This document shows positions 38,019 to 47,480 of a DNA stretch of 64,000 nt, one piece after another (position 1 is the first letter of the stretch; each line of letters opens with the position of its first letter). The DNA comes from Bacteroidota bacterium (GTDB taxonomy: Bacteria > Bacteroidota > Bacteroidia > Flavobacteriales > Flavobacteriaceae). The notes beneath the pieces were generated by a model that was not told the DNA's origin, ran no database searches, and was given only the letters and a program-made list of their open reading frames with translations. The stretch spans positions 3,780 to 67,779 of the forward strand of contig JBCDBD010000012.1 in NCBI GenBank assembly GCA_039184335.1. Direction: 5' to 3'. A program made the translations under genes and the position numbers.

Positions 38019-39798
38019 ACATTCGCTCTGGAACTTCAATGCCCAAAAGCCTAAAACCAACCTGTATCACCTCGCCAACCTTTCTGGATAATTGTACCCT
38101 GAACCTACGTACGTCTTTGTCGATTTCCCCCAAAATGGAAACTTGCTGGTAAAAGGAGTTGAACTCCTTGACCAAATTATAAATATAATTTGCAATCAAA
38201 GCAGGGCTGTGGCCCTCAGCGGCCAACTGCACTGTCTCAGGAAAAAGCTGCAACTGCTTTAAGAGTTCTTTTTCCTTTGGGTGCAATACCATTAAATCTT
38301 GAAATGCGCCCACCGTGACCTCTTCCGCTTTGCGAAGAATGGACTGGATCCGGGCATAGGTGTATTGAATGAATGGCCCTGTATTTCCTTGAAAATCTAC
38401 CGATTCTTCCGGATTGAACAAAATCCGCTTTTTGGGGTCTACCTTTAAAATGTAGTATTTTAATGCGCCCAAGCCAATGGTACGGTACAACCGTTCTTTT
38501 TCAGCTTCAGAATAGCCCTCCAGTTTACCCAGTTCTTCTGAAATGGCCGTTGCGGTCTGGGCCATATTGACAATCAGGTCATCAGCATCGACCACGGTAC
38601 CTTCCCGACTTTTCATTTTTCCACTGGGCAAATCGACCATGCCATAGCTCAAGTGATAGAGTTTTTCTGCCCAGCTATACCCCAATTTTTTTAGAATCAA
38701 GAACAAGACCTTAAAGTGGTAGTCTTGCTCGTTGCCCACTGTATAGACCATTCCATTGATATCGGGAAAGTCGGTTACCCGTTGTATGGCGGTACCAATA
38801 TCTTGGGTCATATATACAGCAGTGCCATCGGCCCGCAATACAATTTTCTCATCTAAGCCTTCTTCAGTAAGGTCAATCCAGACACTGCCATCTGCCTTCC
38901 GGTAGAAAACCCCTTTTTCCAATCCATTCTTGACCACATCCCGACCTAAGAGATAGGTGTCGCTCTCATAATAGAGCTGATCAAAATCCACTCCCAAATT
39001 CCGGTAGGTCTCTTCAAAACCTTGGTACACCCATCCGTTCATTTTTTTCCAGAGGGCCACTACCGCTTCATCTCCAGCCTCCCAAAGACGCAGCATTTGT
39101 TGGGCCTCCAGTAAAATAGGTGCCTCTTTCTCGGCTAACTTTCTATCAACTCCTTCGTCCACTAATTGCGCAACTTCATTTTTGTAGGCCTTATCGAAGG
39201 CCACGTAATATTTACCCACTAGATGGTCACTCTTTAATCTAGAAGTCTCCGGTGATTCACCATTGCCGAACTTTTGCCACGCCAGCATGCTTTTACAGAT
39301 ATGGATACCACGGTCGTTGATAATCTGGGTCTTGTACACCCGATGCCCCGCAGCTTTTAAAATTTCCGCCACGGCATACCCCAATAAATTATTGCGAATA
39401 TGGCCTAGATGCAAAGGCTTGTTCGTATTGGGTGAAGAATATTCGACCATAATGGCTTCTTTTGAATTGGGCTGTGCCAATCCAAAATTCGCCGTATTCA
39501 TTATAGCCCGAAAAAAATCCAGATAGTGTGCATCAGCAATGACCAGATTCAAAAATCCCTTGACCACATTGAATTTTTGTACCGCGGCAACGTTTTCCAG
39601 TAGATACTCACCTATTGCAGTGCCAATAGCAACCGGGTTTCCCTTAATATGACGCAACATTGGAAAAACTACCACCGTAAGATCTCCTTCAAAATCTTTT
39701 CGTGTCGGCTGAAATTCAACAGACGGCAAATTAACCCCATGGAGTTTGTAGACGGCCTTAACCACCTTTTCCTGCAATACTTGCTGAAGACTCATCAA
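38017..39798 (-). CDS. argS: arginine--tRNA ligase
   Basis: 593 aa. It has the class I HIGH-type motif (PLHLGHIRN) and a full-length ArgS-like sequence ending in the DALR anticodon-binding region. Confidence 0.95.
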   Translation of the reverse strand: MMSLQQVLQEKVVKAVYKLHGVNLPSVEFQPTRKDFEGDLTVVVFPMLRHIKGNPVAIGTAIGEYLLENVAAVQKFNVVKGFLNLVIADAHYLDFFRAIMNTANFGLAQPNSKEAIMVEYSSPNTNKPLHLGHIRNNLLGYAVAEILKAAGHRVYKTQIINDRGIHICKSMLAWQKFGNGESPETSRLKSDHLVGKYYVAFDKAYKNEVAQLVDEGVDRKLAEKEAPILLEAQQMLRLWEAGDEAVVALWKKMNGWVYQGFEETYRNLGVDFDQLYYESDTYLLGRDVVKNGLEKGVFYRKADGSVWIDLTEEGLDEKIVLRADGTAVYMTQDIGTAIQRVTDFPDINGMVYTVGNEQDYHFKVLFLILKKLGYSWAEKLYHLSYGMVDLPSGKMKSREGTVVDADDLIVNMAQTATAISEELGKLEGYSEAEKERLYRTIGLGALKYYILKVDPKKRILFNPEESVDFQGNTGPFIQYTYARIQSILRKAEEVTVGAFQDLMVLHPKEKELLKQLQLFPETVQLAAEGHSPALIANYIYNLVKEFNSFYQQVSILGEIDKDVRRFRVQLSRKVGEVIQVGFRLLGIEVPERM

Positions 39799-39889
39799 AA
39801 TAGCTTATAAGGCAGCAAAACTACATATTTTTTTAGGCTTTTAGAACAAGATTAGGATACCCAAACCTGTATTTTGTTAATTTTATGGT

Positions 39890-40315
39890 ATGCTGCTCAA
39901 CGTTTCTTACAACGATAAAACCATTACCAAAAAAATTGAGGAAGCGGTAGGAAAACCCTTCACTTTAAAACAACGTATACAACTAGGGGGAATCGGCTCA
40001 CCAAAACTATACATTACCGAAACGAGTATTGAGATACGCAATCTTTTGATTTTGGACAATAATCTGGACTGTTGCAATATTGAGCTGCGCCCAAAAGGCA
40101 TCATCACACGTTTTAGGTCGCGTTTAGAAACCTATGCCTTGATCGTCCCTTTCCATAAACTTTCACTTTACAAAGGTGACTTTGCCGTATATGCTATCTA
40201 CAAAGACCATTACTTTATAAAAGTAAGATCGGATACCAAGGCTATTCAAAAATATTTCAAAAAATTATTGGAATACAAAGCAGACAATACCCCAACCTCA
40301 ATCGATGGCCTATGA
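39890..40315 (+). CDS. hypothetical protein
   Basis: 141-aa ORF. Its stop overlaps the downstream ATG (ATGA at 40312..40315). No recognised domain. Confidence 0.5.
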   Translation: MLLNVSYNDKTITKKIEEAVGKPFTLKQRIQLGGIGSPKLYITETSIEIRNLLILDNNLDCCNIELRPKGIITRFRSRLETYALIVPFHKLSLYKGDFAVYAIYKDHYFIKVRSDTKAIQKYFKKLLEYKADNTPTSIDGL

Positions 40316-41736
40316 AAATTCTGCTCACCGGTGCCAATGGCTATATCGGTATGCGTTTACTGCCCCAACTACTTAGTTTAGGGCATCAGGTAATCTGTAC
40401 GGTACGCGACCAAAACCGGCTTTCAATAGACGAAGAAACCCGAAAGAGAGTAGACATCATAGAAATCGATTTTTTGGATGAGGCCATTGCAGAAAAAATT
40501 CCCAAAGATATTGATGTGGCGTACTTCTTGATTCATTTGATGACAGTCACCACTAGAAACTTTGACGAAATGGAGGCCCAAACCGCCCATAAGTTCAATG
40601 CCTATCTAAAAGACACCAATATCAAGCAGGTCATTTATTTAAGTGGTATAGTAAATGATAAAAATCTCTCAAAGCACCTTTGGTCGCGAAAAAACGTAGA
40701 GGCAATATTGCAACAGGGCAATTTCAACCTGACCGTACTAAGGGCAGGAATCATTGTGGGATCGGGCAGTTCGTCATTTGAAATCATCAGGGACCTTTGT
40801 GAAAAACTCCCCGTGATGATCACACCAAAATGGGCTTTGACCAAATCACAGCCCATTGCCATCAGGGATGTCATCGATTTTCTTATCGGGGTTATCGGCA
40901 ATCCAAAAACCTACACCGATTCCTTTGATATTGCTGGCCCTGATATACTCACATATAAAGAAATGTTGCAACAATATGCAACCACGAGGGGATTTAAAAA
41001 CTGGATCTTTACCGTACCGGTCATGACTCCAAAACTGTCTTCGTACTGGCTATATTTTGTGACTTCGACCTCATATAAATTGGCCTTAAACCTCGTTGAC
41101 AGTATGAAAATAGAGGTCATAGCAAAAGATACCAGATTGCAAGAACTGTTGAACATTAAGCCACACACCTATAAGGAAGCTATACACATGGCCTTTAAAA
41201 AAATAGAACAGAATATGGTTGTCAGTAGTTGGAAAGACAGTATGGTGAGCGGAGGGGGCAACAAAAATTTGGAAAAATATGTGCAAGTACCAAAATATGG
41301 CGTATTACAAGATATAAAAACCCTGAAAATCGAAAACCCAATGCCTGTTCTCGAAAACATTTGGCGTATTGGAGGGGATACCGGTTGGTATTATGGCAAT
41401 TGGCTATGGAAAATACGGGGAGTGTTGGACAAGCTCAATGGCGGCCCAGGACTTCGTAGGGGGCGTACCCACCCCGATGAAATCGCTCCCGGGGATGCAC
41501 TGGATTTCTGGCGCGTTCTCTTGGCAGATAAAAAGGCCAAGCGCCTGTTGCTGTTCGCTGAAATGCGCTTGCCTGGAGAAGCCTGGTTAGAGTTCAAAAT
41601 CGACGACAACAACATACTTCACCAAACCGCCACCTTTCGTCCAAAAGGTATCAAGGGCCGACTCTATTGGTTCAGTGTGCTCCCCTTTCACTACTTTATT
41701 TTTGGGGGCATGATCCGAAATATTTCCAAAACCTGA
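40312..41736 (+). CDS. NAD(P)H-binding SDR-like protein fused to DUF2867
   Basis: The N-terminus reads ILLTGANGYIGMRL, a Rossmann fold. The C-terminal region (GDTGWYYGNWLW..RG..D...GG.GLRRGR) is typical of DUF2867. Confidence 0.8.
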   Translation: MKILLTGANGYIGMRLLPQLLSLGHQVICTVRDQNRLSIDEETRKRVDIIEIDFLDEAIAEKIPKDIDVAYFLIHLMTVTTRNFDEMEAQTAHKFNAYLKDTNIKQVIYLSGIVNDKNLSKHLWSRKNVEAILQQGNFNLTVLRAGIIVGSGSSSFEIIRDLCEKLPVMITPKWALTKSQPIAIRDVIDFLIGVIGNPKTYTDSFDIAGPDILTYKEMLQQYATTRGFKNWIFTVPVMTPKLSSYWLYFVTSTSYKLALNLVDSMKIEVIAKDTRLQELLNIKPHTYKEAIHMAFKKIEQNMVVSSWKDSMVSGGGNKNLEKYVQVPKYGVLQDIKTLKIENPMPVLENIWRIGGDTGWYYGNWLWKIRGVLDKLNGGPGLRRGRTHPDEIAPGDALDFWRVLLADKKAKRLLLFAEMRLPGEAWLEFKIDDNNILHQTATFRPKGIKGRLYWFSVLPFHYFIFGGMIRNISKT

Positions 41737-41854
41737 ATTTGTGGCCCAGATTTTGAAACAAATTGTGATATCGGTCGTCGTTGCATCAAACAGAGGCAAC
41801 CTTTAGCACTTAAAACCAGTCTTATTTATAAACTTCTATTAGATATAACATCTT

Positions 41855-43342
41855 ATGAGATATTTTTTAATCATTGCCTTTCTTTTTTCTGGCCTTCATC
41901 TTGATGCGCAGACCATATCATCTAGATTGATCGATGGAAAGACTAAAAAGCCCATACCCTATGCCACCGTAGAGTTTGCTGAAAATTTAGGGGTCATCAC
42001 CAACGAAGAAGGACAATTTAGTTTTTTACTGGGCGAAAACGAACATAGGTTAGATTCTATTTACATCGCGTCGATGGGCTATGAACGAACTGGATTTACC
42101 CTCGAACAATTACAAGACACTATCATTGTTCTCAAACCAAAAGCCATTAAGCTGAGTGGGGTCTACCTGTTTGACAAGGAGCTCACCGTAGATGAAATCA
42201 TTGAAAGAATGATTGCCCGTCTTCCTGAAAACATAAACAATGACCCTATCAAACAGCGGTATTTTTTGAGACAATCGGTGTTCGGCACCATTCAAAAAGT
42301 GGATTTTGGCTTTGAGAAGTCATCCATCGCTGAATTGGATGAGGCGCTTATTGATAGTATTGCGAGGGCCATTCCACGCAACTCGCATCACTACACAGAG
42401 ACGCTTGGCGATTTTTATAAGACAAATAAGGCTTATAAAGTAAACATATTAAAAGCTGCTGAACTCTATGATAAAAAAGACATTGGTTCTTTTGAAGATT
42501 TAGGAACACAGATGGAAGCGATGTTCAAGCAAAATGTGAAGCCCGATTCGTACCTCAAAATCAAGTCAGGCCTTTTTAGCCAAAAAATCCAAGTGGATTC
42601 CATTCTCAGTGAAATGGAAGCCCAGGAAGCTGAGACCGTTGAAAAAGAAATTCAGCGCGATACCATATCGGGCCTAGTGGATGGACAGAAACATATTTTT
42701 GATGAACTCTTGGGTGAGGTCTATTACCAAGAAGACAGCAAATTGAATGTCATCGACAAAAGCCGCAAATATGACTTTGATCTGGTCGGTTATACCGATA
42801 TCGATGATATCGGGGTCTATGTCATCGATTTTGAGCCCAAGGGCAATGCCGACTTTAGAGGACGCATGTATATCAATATTGAAGATTTTGCCATCATGCA
42901 AATCGAGTTTGAAAACCTAAAGAACCTCCGCAATTTTAGGCTACTCGGCATCTTTTACCGTGAAACCCTGTACAAAGGTACCATGCGATTCGCCAAACTG
43001 CCCAATAACCGTTATGACCTCAAGTTTGTGGATCTCAGCTTTGGCCGTTGGTTTCGTTTTGATCGACCTCTGGATGTCATTGAAAAAAACAAAAATGTAA
43101 AAGGTCGTAGAAAACAGAATGAGTTAAAACTAAATATTGACTTTCGAATGGCCAATACCAATAAGTGGGAGTTGGTGGTCTTTGACAACACCTTGATCGA
43201 TCAAACGCAATTTGATACCTATACTGAAGATAAAAGTGTAAAAGCGACCTATATGCCCAGTTATGACCCTGAATTTTGGAAAGGATATCATATTATGGAA
43301 CCCAATCAAGCGATTCGAGAGTTTGCTGTAGCTGAAGAGTGA
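41855..43342 (+). CDS. hypothetical secreted protein with N-terminal CarboxypepD_reg-like domain
   Basis: After the signal peptide comes SSRLIDGKTKKPIPYATVEFAENLGVITNEEGQFSF. Confidence 0.55.
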   Translation: MRYFLIIAFLFSGLHLDAQTISSRLIDGKTKKPIPYATVEFAENLGVITNEEGQFSFLLGENEHRLDSIYIASMGYERTGFTLEQLQDTIIVLKPKAIKLSGVYLFDKELTVDEIIERMIARLPENINNDPIKQRYFLRQSVFGTIQKVDFGFEKSSIAELDEALIDSIARAIPRNSHHYTETLGDFYKTNKAYKVNILKAAELYDKKDIGSFEDLGTQMEAMFKQNVKPDSYLKIKSGLFSQKIQVDSILSEMEAQEAETVEKEIQRDTISGLVDGQKHIFDELLGEVYYQEDSKLNVIDKSRKYDFDLVGYTDIDDIGVYVIDFEPKGNADFRGRMYINIEDFAIMQIEFENLKNLRNFRLLGIFYRETLYKGTMRFAKLPNNRYDLKFVDLSFGRWFRFDRPLDVIEKNKNVKGRRKQNELKLNIDFRMANTNKWELVVFDNTLIDQTQFDTYTEDKSVKATYMPSYDPEFWKGYHIMEPNQAIREFAVAEE

Positions 43343-43387
43343 CAAATGGTGATTTCCAATGGAATGAAAAATCAATCAATAAAAAAG

Positions 43388-44317
43388 TTAGGCTCTCGGT
43401 AAAAACACCTCAGCCATCATACATCGGGCACTGCCCCCACCACAGGTTTCGATGGTATCCAAAGGACTATGAACAATGGCACAGTGCTTTTCAATGGCAT
43501 CAATCTGATCGGAACGCAAACTGCGGAATGCAGCTGAACTCATCACCATAAAACGTCGGCCATCAACCCCTATGACCTGAAGCATGTTGCCCGCAAAACA
43601 GTGCATTTGTTCTTCAGTGATGATGATGATTTCCTTTCCATCTTTTTTGAGATGTTCCACTACATTTTTTCGTTCTTTTTTAGCATCGATACTATCGAGG
43701 CAGATGACCACAAAGGTTTCTGCCATGGCCATCATCACATTGGTGTGGTAAATGGGTAACCGTTCATCATCGACAGATTGATTGGCCGTGAAAATCACGG
43801 GGAAGCAATCAAAGTCTTCACAAAACTCAATGAACAGGTCTTCATTGGCCCGTTCAGAAAGCGCGCAATAGGCTTTTTGGTTGATTCGATCCTTTAAGAT
43901 GCTCCCGGTACCTTCTAAAAATACCCCTTCTTCCTCTGCTTCAGTATAGTCCAATACCGTATCGATTCGAAAACCATGGGATTCCAGAACGTCAAAGATA
44001 TCCTCACGACGTTCCTTTCTTCGGTTCTCGGCAAACATCGGGTAGACCGCTACCGTACCAGTGGCATGAAATGATATCCAATTGTTCGGAAAAACAGAAT
44101 CAGGGGTATCCGGTTCTTCAGTATCTTCTATGACAATTACGTTGACCCCATACTTTCGTAAAACAACCACAAAATCATCGAACTCTTTCTGCGCCTTCAT
44201 GTTAATGGCCCTATTATCAATTTTAAGGGTTTCTTGAAAATAATTGTTGACCGCCGTTTGTTCGTTCATCCGAAAATTGACCGGACGGATCATCAAAATA
44301 GTATTCGTAATCTGCAT
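43388..44317 (-). CDS. guanidino-group-modifying enzyme superfamily protein, CtlX-like (arginine deiminase-related)
   Basis: The start is taken at MQITNTILMIRPVNFRMNEQTAVNNYFQ (cat at 44315..44317). The C-terminus reads GGGSARCMMAEV with the catalytic-type Cys. Confidence 0.7.
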   Translation of the reverse strand: MQITNTILMIRPVNFRMNEQTAVNNYFQETLKIDNRAINMKAQKEFDDFVVVLRKYGVNVIVIEDTEEPDTPDSVFPNNWISFHATGTVAVYPMFAENRRKERREDIFDVLESHGFRIDTVLDYTEAEEEGVFLEGTGSILKDRINQKAYCALSERANEDLFIEFCEDFDCFPVIFTANQSVDDERLPIYHTNVMMAMAETFVVICLDSIDAKKERKNVVEHLKKDGKEIIIITEEQMHCFAGNMLQVIGVDGRRFMVMSSAAFRSLRSDQIDAIEKHCAIVHSPLDTIETCGGGSARCMMAEVFLPRA

Positions 44318-44403
44318 CAGTATTTCAAAAAAGTATGGGCAAAAGTAACCAATCCTTCCATCATTTTGTAACAAAAAAATCGACTTGGTATCTTTATGGC
44401 ACC

Positions 44404-45237
44404 ATGCAACACATCTGGAAAAAATACCTTCATAAGTACAATGACCCCATGTTGTTCTTCGTATTGATTCCCTTTATCAACACCATCAATTACCATTTGA
44501 CCTACTCCAATATCCGATGGGATTGGTATACCATTACCACCTATCTCATAGACACTGCCCAAGGCTTTATCGCATGGGGGCTCATCAAGGCCACTATTCT
44601 CTGGTTTGACAAAAAAATGCCCTATGAAAAAGGCTTTGTCAAACGGATAATTGCACAACTTCTTGCTACCAATGTAGTTGCCCAAGGCTTCATTGTATTG
44701 GCCACAGAACTGATAAACATGCGGTTTGGTGATGGGCCGTTGCCGATAAAATTCTATACCTATAACCTATTCATCTTTTTTATCTGGGTGTTGGTGCTCA
44801 ACGGCATCTATATCGGATTCTATTTTTACGATCAGTGGCATTATACCCTTGCTTTGCGCAATCAAGAAAAAAAACTGCGGTCGACTGGTTTTGAAGTACT
44901 CTTGGGAAACAAGACAAAAAATGTACCCTTTGGCGATATTGCCTTTTTTCTGGTTGAAGACCGTACCACTTACCTACAGACAATGACCAGAGAACGCTTT
45001 GTACTCGATGACTCGTTGAACAAAATCGTGCCCCGATTACCAGAGGAGCTTTTTTTTCGGGTGAATCGAAAATATATTGTACACAGAAACCTTATCAAGG
45101 GATATCGAAAGGCTGTGAATGGAAAACTCGTAGTTGGTTTTCATTCAGATACCACAAATATCAAGGAGCAGGTCATCAGTCGTATCAATGCCCCCCATTT
45201 TAAAAAATGGTTTCGGATCACAGCCCATCGCGTATAG
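44404..45237 (+). CDS. membrane-anchored LytTR-domain DNA-binding protein
   Basis: It has four N-terminal TM segments and a C-terminal LytTR pattern (IAFFLVEDRTTYLQT...FFRVNRKYIVHRNLI). The track ORF begins at 44335; I prefer the ATG at 44404. Confidence 0.7.
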   Translation: MQHIWKKYLHKYNDPMLFFVLIPFINTINYHLTYSNIRWDWYTITTYLIDTAQGFIAWGLIKATILWFDKKMPYEKGFVKRIIAQLLATNVVAQGFIVLATELINMRFGDGPLPIKFYTYNLFIFFIWVLVLNGIYIGFYFYDQWHYTLALRNQEKKLRSTGFEVLLGNKTKNVPFGDIAFFLVEDRTTYLQTMTRERFVLDDSLNKIVPRLPEELFFRVNRKYIVHRNLIKGYRKAVNGKLVVGFHSDTTNIKEQVISRINAPHFKKWFRITAHRV

Positions 45238-45349
45238 AACATAGCGTGCTACAGTTCAACCACAAAAACACCACATTTTAGCATTTTGATGGTAAATTAA
45301 TAGGGATGTGTTCTGATGATGAGATGATCTTTACCGAAAACTATACATC

Positions 45350-46480
45350 ATGAAAAAAACAATGATTACCATCGCTTTTCTCGCTTTCACCATCTCGGTC
45401 AAAGCGCAACAGAATTTTCCCGTCGATAGGCAAGAAGCCGTCAAGGGGGTACTAAAAAGGTATACCGATATGGGTATTCCAGGTCTGGCCCTTACAGTTT
45501 ACAATGAACAGACCGGTTTTTGGTCCCATGCCGAAGGCCTGGCCAATGTGGAAAAAAATGAACCGCTTACCAGTGGTCATCTGTTCTACCTACAGAGTGT
45601 CAGCAAAACATATATGGCAGTGGCCATTTTACAACTTTTTGAAAAAGGCGCACTCGATTTAAACGACCCCATAACCAAATATGTAGACTATGAATGGCTC
45701 AATGACAAAAAAGATGTGGAAAATATCACCCTAAAGATGCTGCTCAACCATAACTCTGGACTGCCAGAATACAATACCGACCCCATTTTGGTCTCTAAAA
45801 TTGTACAAAACCCCCGAAAGGTGTTTACGGTCGAAGCGATGCTTTCTCATATCGGGGGAAAAGCGTTGGATTTTGAGCCGGGCAGCAAATACAGCTATCG
45901 AAATACCAATTATGGAGTACTGTCACTAATCGCTGATAAGATTACGGGGAACCATGTGGACTATATGGAAAAACATATCTTCAAAAGACTTGGATTGGAG
46001 TCCACGGTTTACCTCTCTTCGAAAAACCTTCAAGAAAATATTGGAATCGTAGATGCCTACTGGGATATCTTATTGGAAGGCATCCCCACCAATGTCTCTA
46101 AATTGCAACGGTCCAATGTGTCATCAATGAAAGGGGACGATGGTATTGTGGCTTCGACCAAGGATGCTGTTCTTTTCTTGAAAGGACTGATCAGTGGTAA
46201 GTTGTTAAAGCCAAAAACCTTGGAAATGATGCAGGATTTTGTACACAACGAAACTGGGCAAAAAAAATATGGTTTGGGAATACAGTATTATGATTTGGAC
46301 GTTACTTATGCACTTGGGCATTCCGGTGGGGGAATCGGTGCTGGTTGTGTACTATTGTATCTACCGGATCTGGGGTCATTGGTATTTATGGCCACCAATT
46401 TCAACACAATGATGGATTCGCCCATAAGAAGGGAAGCAGAAAACCTTCAGATGGATGTGTTGATGGCTTTGTTCATGTAA
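45350..46480 (+). CDS. serine hydrolase, class C beta-lactamase/PBP family
   Basis: It has a signal peptide, an SxxK motif (QSVSKTY), a YxN motif (YRNTNY) and an HSGG motif. Confidence 0.85.
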   Translation: MKKTMITIAFLAFTISVKAQQNFPVDRQEAVKGVLKRYTDMGIPGLALTVYNEQTGFWSHAEGLANVEKNEPLTSGHLFYLQSVSKTYMAVAILQLFEKGALDLNDPITKYVDYEWLNDKKDVENITLKMLLNHNSGLPEYNTDPILVSKIVQNPRKVFTVEAMLSHIGGKALDFEPGSKYSYRNTNYGVLSLIADKITGNHVDYMEKHIFKRLGLESTVYLSSKNLQENIGIVDAYWDILLEGIPTNVSKLQRSNVSSMKGDDGIVASTKDAVLFLKGLISGKLLKPKTLEMMQDFVHNETGQKKYGLGIQYYDLDVTYALGHSGGGIGAGCVLLYLPDLGSLVFMATNFNTMMDSPIRREAENLQMDVLMALFM

Positions 46481-46484
46481 AAAA

Positions 46485-47399
46485 CTACTCGCGAACCAAA
46501 GGCAATGTACTGCAACGAAGAAGTCCCTCTTGCTTGGCAATTTCAGCATAGGGGATTTCTTCTACGGTAAAGCCTTGTTCACGTAGCCAATTGTTCAATC
46601 GTGTAAAGTTCTTTTCTGAAACGACCACCTCTGGCGAAATGGAAAATACGTTACTGAACATCTGGTACATTTCGTCTTTAGTAATCTCGAAAATATTTTC
46701 TTCCCCAAAAAAGTTGACCAACCATTGGTATTCTTCAGCTATCAAAAACCCATTCTTATGTAATATCGCCTTGTTCTTGCCCACGGGCTGAAAACAGCAA
46801 TCTAGGTGCAATGCATTTTCTTTCGCATCGGTGTTCGACTTGCGCAACTCAAAAGCCTTGACTTTCTTATTCGGAAATTGTGACCTGATATACTCGACCG
46901 CTTCTTTATTGGTACGTGCAGTGATATAGTCAGAATAGTCATTGCCTGTATAGGTTCCAATAAAAATATAATCGTTCCAGGGCATCACATCCCCTCCTTC
47001 GATATGTACCTTTTCTGGTGGTCTAATGATTTTTTGTGGGTCCAGAAGGCCCAAAACTTGTTGAATAGCCTCAAATTCCTTTTCTCTATCTGGTAAGATA
47101 TTGGCATGAAAAAGCATATCCTCGATCACAAAGGCAATATCCCTACTGAAAATCTGATTGCAGTTCTCAAGTACTTTAGGTCTGAATACCGCAACACCAT
47201 GCCTTTTAAGTACGCGTGAAAAAGCATCCATCTCTTCAACCATATCCTCCTCTTTAGGATAGGTGCCCGCTAAAATATGTGCCAAGGATTTGGGATCATA
47301 AGCTTCTTCAGGCGTTGGGGTAGGGCCACAGCTTTCGGCTGTTCCTAAGAGCACGGCCTTTAAAGTAGCAGTTTCATCGGCAATATGTAGCTTTAGCAT
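46485..47399 (-). CDS. amidinotransferase / dimethylarginine dimethylaminohydrolase-family protein
   Basis: 304 aa. It has a GME-superfamily pattern with the C-terminal GLLRCSTLPL catalytic-type Cys. Confidence 0.7.
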   Translation of the reverse strand: MLKLHIADETATLKAVLLGTAESCGPTPTPEEAYDPKSLAHILAGTYPKEEDMVEEMDAFSRVLKRHGVAVFRPKVLENCNQIFSRDIAFVIEDMLFHANILPDREKEFEAIQQVLGLLDPQKIIRPPEKVHIEGGDVMPWNDYIFIGTYTGNDYSDYITARTNKEAVEYIRSQFPNKKVKAFELRKSNTDAKENALHLDCCFQPVGKNKAILHKNGFLIAEEYQWLVNFFGEENIFEITKDEMYQMFSNVFSISPEVVVSEKNFTRLNNWLREQGFTVEEIPYAEIAKQEGLLRCSTLPLVRE

Positions 47400-47480
47400 A
47401 CTTTACTATTTTGGTCGGCTATAAAAAACGGCCATTTCCAAAACCCTGAAAATGCACCGTTAAACTTCTAAGCTATGGTA

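Noticed and set aside
44317-44685. A 122-aa minus-strand ORF overlaps the start of the LytTR gene.
   Set aside because: It is an upstream extension or alternate frame relative to the CtlX-like gene. It has no family resemblance and conflicts with the well-supported plus-strand membrane/LytTR ORF.
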